Of a stretch of 64,000 bases of DNA, positions 21,724-35,878 are shown piece after piece. Both the position numbers and the translations under genes were made by a program. Source of the stretch: Candidatus Eiseniibacteriota bacterium (lineage in GTDB: Bacteria; Eisenbacteria; RBG-16-71-46); the NCBI GenBank assembly GCA_963707915.1, contig OY970178.1, positions 1,888,001 to 1,952,000 of the forward strand. The letters run 5' to 3'. The notes beneath the pieces are model-generated. The model searched no databases, was not told the origin of the DNA, and saw only the letters and a list, made by a program, of their open reading frames with translations. Position 1 is the first letter of the stretch. Each line of letters opens with the position of its first letter.

Positions 21724-21772
21724 AAAAGGCAGCCAAGTCGAGCGAACCTGAGTCCACTCTGTGGCTGCCTCT
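21724..21772 (-). terminator. Intrinsic terminator ending the putative sigma54 transcript
   Basis: AGGCAGCCA...TGGCTGCCT outer stem with inner GAGTGGAC-TCAG-GTTCGCTC stem (two G-U pairs, valid only on minus), then TTTT. Confidence 0.65.
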
Positions 21773-22034
21773 TCCCGAGAGAACAGGGGGTGACCGGGAA
21801 GAACCCCGTTGTCCTCCCGGCTTCGTTGACCGGGCGTATTTGGTTTTTTTGCAGAATGAACAGCGAACCACTACTCAACTAGACACCGACCAAGTCGAGG
21901 CTTCTCTCTCACCCCTTTCTCGTTCGGCCCCATCGTCGAGGCCAACCTGCCAACCAGGGTACGAGCCCTGCCCTGCAGCCATTACGCCGCAGGATGTTCC
22001 GGGTGATCGACTACGCTCGCTCTCCGTATCCGTG
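21724..22034 (-). ncRNA. Putative ~310-nt sigma54-dependent small RNA
   Basis: Bounded by a -24/-12 promoter and a terminator; several stems; no ORF with RBS and host-like codon usage. Confidence 0.5.
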
Positions 22035-22044
22035 CATCGTGCAT

Positions 22045-22060
22045 TGCAGGGCGCGTGCCA
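22045..22060 (-). promoter_or_regulatory. sigma54 (-24/-12) promoter
   Basis: TGGCACGCGCCCTGCA versus consensus TGGCACG-N4-TTGCW (GG-N10-GC, one mismatch). Confidence 0.8.
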
Positions 22061-22099
22061 TCACCCGGGCCACCACGCGACACGACGAAGATCCGCCGT

Positions 22100-22124
22100 G
22101 AAAACCATATGATGCAATGGATTG
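22100..22124. promoter_or_regulatory. IHF-like AT-rich bending site
   Basis: AAAACCATATGATGCAATGGATTG containing CAA-N4-TTG, lying between the enhancers and the sigma54 promoter. Confidence 0.4.
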
Positions 22125-22178
22125 CGCTCGTCGTCCCGGTCCGGCATCGGGGCCTCGGCGGACCGGCAGTTCAAGGAA

Positions 22179-22271
22179 GTGTTACGTCCAGAGGTAACAC
22201 GTTCCGCGACGCATTGTCCGCCAACTCCCATGGGCGCAACCACTTCGCGACTGTTACCCGCGAGGTGACAC
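22179..22271. promoter_or_regulatory. Two palindromic upstream activator sequences (candidate bEBP binding sites)
   Basis: GTGTTAC-N8-GTAACAC (22179-22200) and TGTTAC-N7-GTGACA (22252-22270); both contain GAGGTRACAC. Confidence 0.65.
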
Positions 22272-22301
22272 TGTTCCCCGATGGCGCGGCCCGAAACAGG
22301 A

Positions 22302-22332
22302 ATCGGGGCGGGGGATGAATCCCCGCCCCGAT
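22302..22332 (-). terminator. Hairpin terminator after the TPR-bEBP gene
   Basis: ATCGGGGCGGGG-N7-CCCCGCCCCGAT 12-bp inverted repeat 17 nt after the stop. Confidence 0.65.
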
Positions 22333-22349
22333 CTCCGCCCGCGACCCGG

Positions 22350-24774
22350 TCAGGGCAGCGTGATGCTCAGGCGCTTGAGTCTCGCGTAGAGCGTCTTGCG
22401 GCTGACGCCCAGCAATTCGGCCACGCGACTCTTGTTCCGGCCCGCCCGCTGGTAGGCGGCCATGATGGCGGCCCGCTCCTGCTCCGCGGTGTCGTGGGCC
22501 GGGCGGACTGGCGAGGACTGCAGCAGGAAGGGCAACAGCGCGCCCGCGTCCAGGCGCTCGCTGCCGACGTGGAGCGCGCCCACCCGCTTCATCACGTTCT
22601 CCAGCTCGCGGACGTTGCCCGGCCAGGGGTGCGAGAGCAGCACCGCCTCGGCGTCGGCGCTCAGTCGCGGGCCCTGGAAACCGCCGTAGAAGGCCAGGAA
22701 GTGCCGGGCCAGCGGGACGATGTCGTCCGAGCCGCTCGCGCAGCGGCGGCACGCGGATCTCGATCTCGTTCAGGCGGAACAACAGGTCGCGCCGGAACAA
22801 CCGCTCCCCCTCGCTGCCCCGCAGTTCCCGGTTGGTGGAGGCGATGATGCGCACCTCCGCCCGACGCACCCGGGTCTCGCCCAGCCGCATGTACTCGCCG
22901 CTCTCGAGGAAGCGCAGCAGGGTGACCTGCACGTCCTGCGGCAGGTCGCCGACCTCGTCCAGGCACAGCGTGCCGCCGTCGGCCGCCTCGACCAGCCCGG
23001 CCGCGTCGGCGTGCGCGCCCGTGAAGGCGCCCTTGCGGTGGCCGAAGAGCTGCGAGAGGGCCAGTTCGGCGCGCAACGCACCGCAGTTGACCGCCAGGAA
23101 CGGCCGGTCCGCCCGCGCGGAGAGCACGTGGATGGTCCGCGCGATGAGCTCCTTGCCGGTGCCGGTCTCTCCCGTGATCAGCACCGACAGGTCGGTGCCC
23201 GCCGCGCGCCGCGCCATGGCCTCGACCCGCTGCATGGCGTGGGAATAGGCGACCAGCGTGGGCGCCCGGTGCTTGCGACCCGGCGGGACCACGCGGGCGG
23301 CGGTCGCCGCGGCCCCGGCGGCGCCCAGCAGGCGCTGCAGCTCGAGATCGGTGCGTTCGAGCCACTCCTGCGCCGAGAGCTCGGCGAACAGCGCGCCGGC
23401 ACGGTAGAGGTGGTGCCGACCCTCGCGCGGTTCGCTCACCACCCGGCCCAGCTCGAACAGCGTGCGGGCCAGCTCGTAGCGCTCGCGCAGCCCGGTCAGC
23501 ATGCGCACCGTGTCGGTCCAGCCGCGCAGGGCGTCCTCGTGCCGGCCCCGGGCCCAGGCGATCGCCGCTGCCGCGCGGTGCCCCAGCGCCAGCTCGAGCC
23601 GGTCCTCGATGCGTTCCGCCAGCCGCAGGGCCCGATCGCAGGCGAGCTGCGCCTCGTCCAGCCGGCCCAGGCGGGTCAGCGCATCGGCCCGGCGCCGTTC
23701 CAGCTCGACCACCAGGTCGCCCTCGGGGGCCAGGACGGCGGCCAGCAGGCTGGCCTGGTCGTAGCGCGCCAGCGCCTCGGCGTGCCGGTCGCGGTCGGCG
23801 TCCAGCTCGCCGAGGAACTCGATCGCCAGGACCTCCTCGCGGGGCGCGCCGTGCTCCCGGGCGCGCTTCAGGGCGTCGGCGAACAGGGCCTCGGCGTCGG
23901 CGAAGCGGCGCTGCAGGCGGGCGATGTTGCCGCGCGCGATCCGCACCGTCGCCAGGCGCAGCGGGTTGGCGAGCTGCTCGTAGACCTGCTCGGCCTGGAC
24001 GTAGCACTCCTCGGCCTGCTCCCATTCCCCGCTCTTCTGGTGGACGATGCCCAGGTTGAGGAGGGCATCGGCCGTCGAGGGGAACCGGCCCAGGCGCCGG
24101 AACACGTCGAGCGCGGTGCGCAGGCAGGCCACCGCCGCGTCCCACTCGCACAGGTTCTTGAGGATCAGGCCCAGGTCGCTGCGGGCGCGGGCGGAGCGCC
24201 AGTCGTCGCCGAGGCGCCGGTACAGCCCGAGCGCCTGCTCGTAGAAGTCCCGGGCCTCGTGGAGGTCCCCCTCGCGGTACGCGATCCGGCCCAGGTGGTG
24301 GAGCGCGCGCGCCGCGAGGTCGTGATCGCCCGAGGCGTCCGCCAGGGCGAGGGCCGCGGAGGAGTCCACGCGGGCGTCGTCGAGACGGCCCAGCCGGAAG
24401 AGCGCCTCGGCGCACTGCAGGTGAATCCCGGCCCGGCCCGGGACGGCGTCGACGCCCCCCTCGGTCGCCAGCAGCTCGCGACAGTGCGCCAGCGCGCCCA
24501 GCGTGTCGCCCTGGGCCAGCCTGCACGCCACCGCCCGGCTCTCGAGCGCCACCCGGCGGGCCGGCGAGAGCGTCCGCGCTGCAGGCAGCGCGAGCAGGCG
24601 CTCGATCGTCTCCAGCGCGGGCACGGAACTGTCCGCCTGCAGGTACAGGTCGGCCAGCATCTCGAGGTCGGCCACCGCGTCCTGCGGGGTGCCCCCGACG
24701 GGCAACCCCGATCCGCAGGTCAGCGCAAGCTTCCCTTCCAGCTCGGCAATCCGATTCCGGTCATCGATCGGCAC
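22350..24774 (-). CDS. TPR-repeat sigma54-dependent enhancer-binding protein (TPR-AAA+-Fis HTH); apparent frameshift at ~22729
   Basis: ~500 aa of TPR-like repeats; GETGTGKE, GAFTGA, DEVGD, FRRDLLFRLN; second frame supplies WPGNVRELEN and NKSRVAELLGVSRKTLY. Confidence 0.92.
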
Positions 24775-24813
24775 GCCGGTACTCCGGTCAATTCGGCCCT
24801 AGCCAGCTGGGTG

Positions 24814-25170
24814 TCAGAAACGCAGGAAGATGGCCCTGAGGCCCAGCAGGAACAGTTGTACAGGGTTCGTCGCGACGCTGATGGGAGCCATCTCCTCACC
24901 CACGAGGACAGCCCCTCTCTGCGGCACCACCTGGCTCGTGCTGTTGCGAACCACGGTCAGCTTGCCGGCCTTGCCGTCTCCGGGCCCCATCGGCACATCC
25001 GGGTCACCGAGTGACGGTAGGGGATCGCCCCCGTCCGGCGAAATGACGAAGCTGCCGGAGCCGCTGTCCGCGAAGGACGTCGAGGGCGCGGCGAAGGAGA
25101 GGAAGCAGGTGGTGAGGAGACACAGCGTCAGGACGAACGCCCACGAGCGATTCATCGCGAATCGGAACAT
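24814..25170 (-). CDS. Small secreted protein/propeptide (118 aa)
   Basis: AGGAAAGG RBS; signal peptide ending near SFA|D; G/D/P-rich GGDP..GDPD core; hydrophobic C-terminal helix; 39 nt upstream of the bEBP. Confidence 0.8.
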   Translation of the reverse strand: MFRFAMNRSWAFVLTLCLLTTCFLSFAAPSTSFADSGSGSFVISPDGGDPLPSLGDPDVPMGPGDGKAGKLTVVRNSTSQVVPQRGAVLVGEEMAPISVATNPVQLFLLGLRAIFLRF

Positions 25171-25323
25171 GAGAACCTTTCCTGTGTCATGAAACGATGA
25201 ACCAAAGCGCCCGGCCTGCTATGACTTCTCCCGCCAGAGGGGTCGCCGTCACGGAGTGAGGTCGGGATACGGGGTGACCCCTCTCTCCGCAGACGTCGTT
25301 TGCGGGCAGCCCGGTACGGAAGG

Positions 25324-25353
25324 ATTGTAGTCCCGTTGCTCCCGGCGCGGCAA
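25324..25353 (-). promoter_or_regulatory. sigma70 promoter of the propeptide-bEBP operon
   Basis: TTGCCG-N18-TACAAT. Confidence 0.55.
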
Positions 25354-25480
25354 GGGGATGTTGCGCCCGAACGTCGGGCCCGGGGCGCCCCGGGGAGCGC
25401 CCACCGCCCGGCTCCCGGCCGGCGCCGGCACGGCGCGGCCCCGGGTAGGGAGATCCCCGGGGCCGCCGTGCGGGCCGCGA

Positions 25481-26902
25481 CTAGCGCCGCTTGAGCCTGG
25501 GCGGCTGTCCCTTCACGTCTTCGAGCACCACGCCGAATTCGTCCAGGAGCCGCTGCCGCAGGGCGTCCGCCCGGGCCCAGTCGCGGTCCTTGCGGGCCTG
25601 CTCGCGCTCCCCGGCCAGCGCCAGGACCTCGGTTGGCCAGGACTCCCCGGCGGGCTTTCTCCAGAAGAGGCCGAGCACGCCGCCCAGGCCGAGCAGGACC
25701 CGGCCCGCCGCGGGGCCCTCGGGCGAGCCCTCGTCCAGCGCCCGGTTCACCTCGCGCGACAGGTCGAACAGGTGCCCGATGGCCTTGGCGCTGTTGAAGT
25801 CGTCCTCCATCGCCTCGTGGAACGAGCCGCTCGCACTCCGCCACCGCCCGGCCCAGGTCCCCGGTCGGGGCCGTCCCGGCGGGCAGGTCCCAGGCCCGCG
25901 CCCGGGCGAGCACGCCGATCAGGCGCTGGTGGGCCACCGCGGCCTCGGCCAGGCGCTCCTCGTTGAACTCGAGCGGGCTGCGGTAGTGGGTCGAGAGCAG
26001 GTAGTAGCGCACCACCTCGGGGTCCGTGCGGCCGGCGATCTCGTCCACGTAGAACAGGCTGCCGGTCCCGGTGCTCTTCGAGATCTTGTCGCCGCCGGTC
26101 GTCACCATGCCGTTCTCGGTCCAGAAGTTCGCGAACGGCTTGCCGGTGGCGGCCTCGCTCTGGGCGATCTCGTTCTCGTGGTGCGGGAAGATCAGGTCCT
26201 GCCCGCCGCCGTGGATGTCGAGGGTCTCGCCCAGGTACTTCATGCTCATGGCCGAGCACTCGATGTGCCAGCCGGGCCGGCCGGGCCCCCAGGGGCTCTC
26301 CCAGGCCGGCTCGCCCGGCTTGGCGCCCTTCCACAGCGCGAAGTCGAGCGGGTCGCGCTTCTCCTCGCCCACGTTGGCCTTGTCGCCGGCCTTCTCGCGC
26401 TCGCTCGCGCGCACCTCGTCCAGGCTGCGGCCCGAGAGCTTCCCGTAGTCGGCCTTCGAGCGCACGTCGAAGTAGACGTCGCCGCCCGCCGCGTAGGCGT
26501 GGCCCTTCTCGATCAGGCGGCGCGATCAGTTCGAACATCTCGGCGATGTGCTGGGTGGCGCGCGGGTAGTGCGTGGCCGGCAGGATGTTGTGCAGCGCCG
26601 CGCCCTCGAGGTAGGCGGCGATGTTGCGCTCGCTGACCGAGGTGTAGTCCACGCCCTCGCTGCGTCGCCCGGTCGATGATCTTGTCGTCCACGTCGGTGA
26701 AGTTGTAGACGTAGGTCACGTCGTAACCGAGGTGCAGCAGGTAGCGGCGCATCAGGTCGCCCGAGAGCGAGGCGCGGATGTGCCCGACGTGGGGCTTGTC
26801 CTGCACCGTCATGCCGCACACGTACATGCCCACGCGGCCGGGGTGGACGGGGACGAACTCGCGCTTCTCGCGCGTCAGCGTGTCGTAGATGCGCAGCGTC
26901 AC
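25481..26902 (-). CDS. cysS: Cysteine--tRNA ligase (about 3 apparent frameshifts)
   Basis: [63 protein letters not shown] spread over different frames. Confidence 0.95.
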
Positions 26903-27813
26903 GGGTTCTCCAGGGGGATGGCGGTGGCAGCCGCCGGGCCGGGCCCGGCGGACAGCGGTCGGATGGCGATCTCGCGGTTCGTCCCGGTGCGGATGTCCCC
27001 GGCGACCAGCGCCTCGTGGGCGCGCAGCCGCAGCTCGCGCGCCACCTGGAAGGCGTCGGCCCCGGGCCGGGACCGTACCACCATGCGCAATTGGACCTCG
27101 GCGCCGGCGAGCGCCTCGACGCCCCACAACTCGGCGGGCTCGATCAGCCGCTCGCGCCAGCACCGGCTCGGCATTCAGTCCGTCCACGACCCCGCGGCAC
27201 AGCTCGAGCGCCCGCCCGAGGTCCTCGTTGGCCCCGACCGGCACGTCCACGGTGAGGCGGTTCCAGTCGCGGCTGCGGTTGGTGACCGTCTTGAACTCGC
27301 CGTTCGGCACGTAGTGGACGAAGCCGTTGAAGCCGCGCAGCCGCGTGCAGCGCAGGCGTCACCTCCTCGACCAGCGCGGGCTGGCCCGCGACCTCGACCA
27401 GCTCGCCCACGGCGAACTGGTTCTCGACCAGGATGAAGTAGCCGGCGATCAGGTCGCGCACCAGCGTCTGCGCGCCGAAGCCCAGCGCGACGCCGAGGAT
27501 GCCGGCCCCCGCCAGCAGGGGCTTCACGTCCCAGCCGAAGATCGCCAGCGCGTGGATGAACGCCCCCGCCCAGATGACCGCGGTCGCCAGGCTGCGCAGG
27601 GTCTGGGCGACGCGTCTGCGCGCGCTGCGCGCTGCCCGGCCGGTCCTGGCCCGCGCGGACCATCCAGTGCCGCAGGCGGCCCACCAGCAGCCGCGCGACC
27701 TGCTGCAGCAGGAACGCACCGCCCAGGGTCAGCGCCAGGCGGATCCCCATCTCGGCGAGCTTCTCGGACTCCGGGATGAGGTGCAGGACCAGCAGGTACG
27801 CGGGCAGGTTCAT
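26899..27813 (-). CDS. Small-conductance mechanosensitive channel family protein (frameshifted)
   Basis: LAGAGILGVALGFGAQTLVRDLIAG..ILVENQFAVGE; VPNGEF..VTNRSRDW. Confidence 0.9.
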
Positions 27814-27876
27814 GTCGTCCCTCGCGGCGGCGGCGGCCCGGGCGCCGGCGGACCGGCGCCCGCGGGACCGGTCCGG

Positions 27877-28962
27877 TCAGACCAGGCCCTCGATCGTCCT
27901 GCGGTCGAGTCGCTTCACCAGCGCCACCAGCAGCTTCACCGCCTGCTCGAAGTCCTTCCGGCTGATGATGCTGACGTGGCTGTGGATGTAGCGCGCGGGA
28001 ACACCCATCGAGAGCGTGGGCACGCCCTGGCCGTTGAGGTGGATGCGGCCCGCGTCGGTGCCGCCGCGCTCCACCGCCTCGAACTGCAGCGGGATCCGCA
28101 GCTTCTTCGCGGTGTCCACCACCAGGTCGAGCAGCCCGCGGCTGGGGATCGCGCTGGCGTCGTAGACCACGATCAGCGGTCCGCCGCCCAGCTTCTCCTC
28201 GCCGTCGGCGCCCGGCGTGTCGTGCGCGATGCCCACGTCGAGCGCCAGGCCCACGTCGGGCTGGATCTTGAACGCCGAGGTCTGCGCGCCCCGCATGCCG
28301 ACCTCCTCCTGCACCGTGCCCACCGCGTAGAGCGTGTTCGGGTGCGCCACGCCGCGCAGCCGCAGCGCGACCTCGGCCGCGATGGCGCAGCCGATGCGGT
28401 TGTCCCACGCCTTGGCGAGCAGCAGGTCGGGGTTCGCCATCACCGTGAAGGGCGACTCGGGCACGATCGCGTCACCCGGGCGGATGTCGAGCTTCTTGCG
28501 CACGTCCCAGCCGGACGAGGCGCCGACGTCGATGTACAGGTCCTTGATCTCGAGGACCTTGCGGCGGTCCTCGTCGCGGATCTCGTGCGGGGGCTTCGAG
28601 CCCACCACGCCCGTCACGTCGCCCTTGCGGGTCTTGATGACGAGCCGCTGCGCCAGCACCACGTGGCCCCACCAGCCGCCGAGCGGCAGGAACTTGACGA
28701 AGCCCTCCTTGGTGACCGACTTCACCATGAAGCCGACCTCGTCGAGGTGGCCCGCCAGCATGACGCGCGGCGGCTCCGGCGCGCGCGCGCTGCGCGTGCG
28801 GGGCATGCCGCGCTTCTCGCAGATGAAGCTGCCGAGCCGGTCGTGGCTGATGGTCCCGACGCCCTTGAGGTGGCGCTCCAGCACGCGGACCACCGGGCTC
28901 TCGGCGCCGGGCGTGCCGTGCGCCTCGACCAGGTCCTTCAGGAATTGCAGCGTCTTGTCCAT
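27877..28962 (-). CDS. M42 family metallo-aminopeptidase
   Basis: [37 protein letters not shown]. Confidence 0.93.
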   Translation of the reverse strand: MDKTLQFLKDLVEAHGTPGAESPVVRVLERHLKGVGTISHDRLGSFICEKRGMPRTRSARAPEPPRVMLAGHLDEVGFMVKSVTKEGFVKFLPLGGWWGHVVLAQRLVIKTRKGDVTGVVGSKPPHEIRDEDRRKVLEIKDLYIDVGASSGWDVRKKLDIRPGDAIVPESPFTVMANPDLLLAKAWDNRIGCAIAAEVALRLRGVAHPNTLYAVGTVQEEVGMRGAQTSAFKIQPDVGLALDVGIAHDTPGADGEEKLGGGPLIVVYDASAIPSRGLLDLVVDTAKKLRIPLQFEAVERGGTDAGRIHLNGQGVPTLSMGVPARYIHSHVSIISRKDFEQAVKLLVALVKRLDRRTIEGLV

Positions 28963-28979
28963 GGGGCCTCCGGGAGGGT

Positions 28980-29984
28980 TCAGCTGCGCGGTGCGGTCAC
29001 GGACGCCAGCTCGAGCGTGCGCGCGACGACGTCTTCGTAGGACATGCCCCGCCGCCCGCGCCGCCATCGGCACGAGGCTGGTCGGGGTCATCCCCGGGAT
29101 GGTGTTCACTTCGAGGCACGAGGGCTCGCCCCGCGGGGGCAGGCGGAAGTCCACCCGCGACACGCCGGTGCAGCCCAGCGACCGCGCGGCGCGCAGTCCC
29201 AGCGTCGCGGACGCTCGCGGCCAGCGGCTCCGGCAGGTCCGCCGGGCAGAAGTAGTCGGTGCGGCCCTTCGTGTACTTGTTCTCGTAGTCGTAGAAGCCT
29301 TGCTTGGGGCAGATCTCGACGATCGGCAGGGCCTCGTCGCCCAGCACGGTGACCGTCAGCTCGCGGCCCGGGATGTACTCCTCGATCAGGACGACCTCGC
29401 CGTGGAGCGCCGCCTCCATGAAGGCCGGCTCGAGGTCGGCCTCGCGCCGCACGATGGTGAGCGCGACGCTCGAGCCCTCCGCGCTGGGCTTGACCACGAC
29501 CGGCAGCCCGCCGCAGGCCTCGAGGTCCCGGGCGTCGGGCCGCTCGCCGGCGCGCCGCGCGGTCCACCGCGGGGTCGGCACGCCGTCGTGCACGAACACG
29601 CGCTTCGACATCACCTTGTCCATGGCGAGCGCGCTCGCGAGCACGCCGGAGCCGGTGTAGCGCTTGCCCGCCAGCTCGAGCAGGGCCTGGATGCGGCCGT
29701 CCTCGCCGAAGGTGCCGTGCAGCGCGATGTACACGACGTCCGCCTCGCGCACCGCCGGGACCTCCACCACGCCGACCTGCGCCCGCAACGGCAGGCGCGC
29801 CACTTCGGCCGCGCGTCCGCGCCGCGGCCTCCTCGCCGCCGGCGGGGAGCAGCGCGCCGTCGGCGGCGTCCACCGAGGTCACCTCGTGGCCCAGGGTGCG
29901 CAGCGCCCGCGCCACGCCCTGGCCGGTCTTGAGCGAGATCTCGCGTTCCGCGGAACGCCCTCCCATCAGCACCGCCACCTTCAT
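28980..29984 (-). CDS. ddl: D-alanine--D-alanine ligase (frameshifted)
   Basis: [54 protein letters not shown]. Confidence 0.94.
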
Positions 29985-30038
29985 CCAGGTCCTCCTGCCC
30001 GGGCATCCCTGCCGGGCGTCACCCTCGTGTGCTCTTCC

Positions 30039-34196
<4,158 letters not shown>

Positions 34197-34197
<1 letters not shown>

Positions 34198-35090
34198 CAG
34201 AACACCGAGAACCTGAAGTACTTCCGCGGATTCGCCTTGAGATCCGCGATCAACGCGCGCAGCTCCCGCACCGAGGCGTCCAGGTCCGCGTAGAGCCGCT
34301 CGTCCTTCACCAGCCGGCCGAGCGTGCCCTCGCCGCGGTCCAGCCGGGAGGCCGCGCCCTGCAGCGAGCCGCGCAGCGAATCGAGCTTGCCCGAGACCCG
34401 GTCGAGGTTCCCGGCCGCCGAGACGAAGTGGTCGAGCGCCGCGTCGAGGCTCTCCTCGCGGTCCACCACCAGCTTCTTCGCCGAGGTCGAGGTGGCCGAG
34501 ACGTTGGCCATGGTGGTGCGCAGCGCCTCGCGGTTCTCGGCCACCGCGCGCGACAGCTCCTCGCTGGCGCGCCGGAAGTTCTCGATCGACGAGGTCAGCC
34601 CGCCCCCCTGGTTCACCGCCACCGCCAGGCTGTCGAGCTGCCGCGCGATGGCCGCCACGCTGCCCGACGCCCGGCCCACGTCCGCCATCACCTCGGGCAG
34701 TCCCTTCTCGTAGACGCCCGGGATGGTGTCGCGCGGGCTCCACGGCTCGCCGGTGCCGCTGTAGTCCACCGCGATCACCTTGTCGCCCAGCATGCTGACG
34801 CTGCGGATCACGACCTTGCTGTCGCGCGTCAGCACGACGTCCCGCGACAGCGCGAGGTCGACGATCACGTGGTCGCCCACCAGCCGCAGGGACGTCACCG
34901 CGCCCTTGCGCACGCCGTTCACCTGGGCCTCGTTGCCCTCGGACAGCCCGCCGCCCTGCGGGAAGCTCACGTGCCAGGTGCGCTGGACGCGCGCCTTCGC
35001 GAGCGTGCTCAGCCAGGCGATCCCCCACAGCAGGATGGCGATCGCCACGAGCACCGTGATGCCGACCTGGATCTCCGTCTTCCGGCTCAT
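34197..35090 (-). CDS. mlaD: MCE/MlaD family protein
   Basis: N-terminal TM; GL..G..V.VNGV..G.V MCE motif; [21 protein letters not shown]. Confidence 0.9.
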
Positions 35091-35124
35091 GTCCGTGCTC
35101 TTCCCCCCGTCCGTCCCGGCCCGC

Positions 35125-35878
35125 CTACACCGGCTGGATCGGGCCCCGGCTCGAGCCCTCGATGAACTGCCGCATCATCGCATCGTCCGTGCGCCGTGTC
35201 TCCTCGGCCGTCCCGTCGAACACCACCCGGCCCTGGTAGAGCAGCACGATCCGGTCGCGCCACCGTGTAGGCGCTCCGGATGTCGTGCGTGACCACGACC
35301 GAGGTCACGCGGAGCCGCTTCTGCATCTCGCGGATCAGCTGGTTGATGACGTCCGCGGTGATCGGGTCGAGCCCGGTCGTGGGCTCGTCGTAGAGGACGT
35401 ACTCCGGGTCCATCGCCAGCGCCCGGGCCAGCCCCGCGCGCTTGCGCATGCCGCCCGACAGCGAGGCCGGCTTGAGCCCCACCGCCGACCTGGAGCCCCA
35501 CCCACTCGAGCCGCTCGTCCACGCGCCGGCGCACCTCCGCCTCGTCCAGGTCGCGCGCGTGCTCCAGCATCGCGCAGCGCCACGTTCTCGCCCACCGTCA
35601 TCGAGTCGAGCAGGGCCGCGCCCTGGAACAGCATCCCGAAGCGCCGGCGCACCGGGATCAACCGCTCCTCGCTCAGGCCCACGATCTCCTCGCCGTCGAT
35701 GCGGATCGAGCCCCGGTCGGGCTTGCGTCAGCCCGATGATGTGCTTCAGCAGCACGCTCTTGCCGGTGCCGCTCGGCCCCAGGATCACCAGCGTCTCGCC
35801 GGCGCGCACGTCAAGGTCGAGGTCCAGGAGGACCTGCTTGCGGCCGAAGCGCTTCGCCAGCCCGCGGATCTCGATCAT
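35125..35878 (-). CDS. mlaF: MlaF-type ABC ATPase (frameshifted)
   Basis: [30 protein letters not shown]. Confidence 0.9.

Noticed and set aside
21603..21982. Small ORFs inside the putative ncRNA (91 aa, 66 aa, 35-aa MAAGQGS..., 20-aa MGPNEKG...)
   Set aside because: No well-placed SD and non-host codon usage; two cross the terminator into the tRNA promoter. A micropeptide cannot be fully excluded.
21540..25480. tRNA-integrated genomic island carrying the peptide/bEBP module
   Set aside because: The module lies on the 5' side of the tRNA; no integrase or att duplication is visible.
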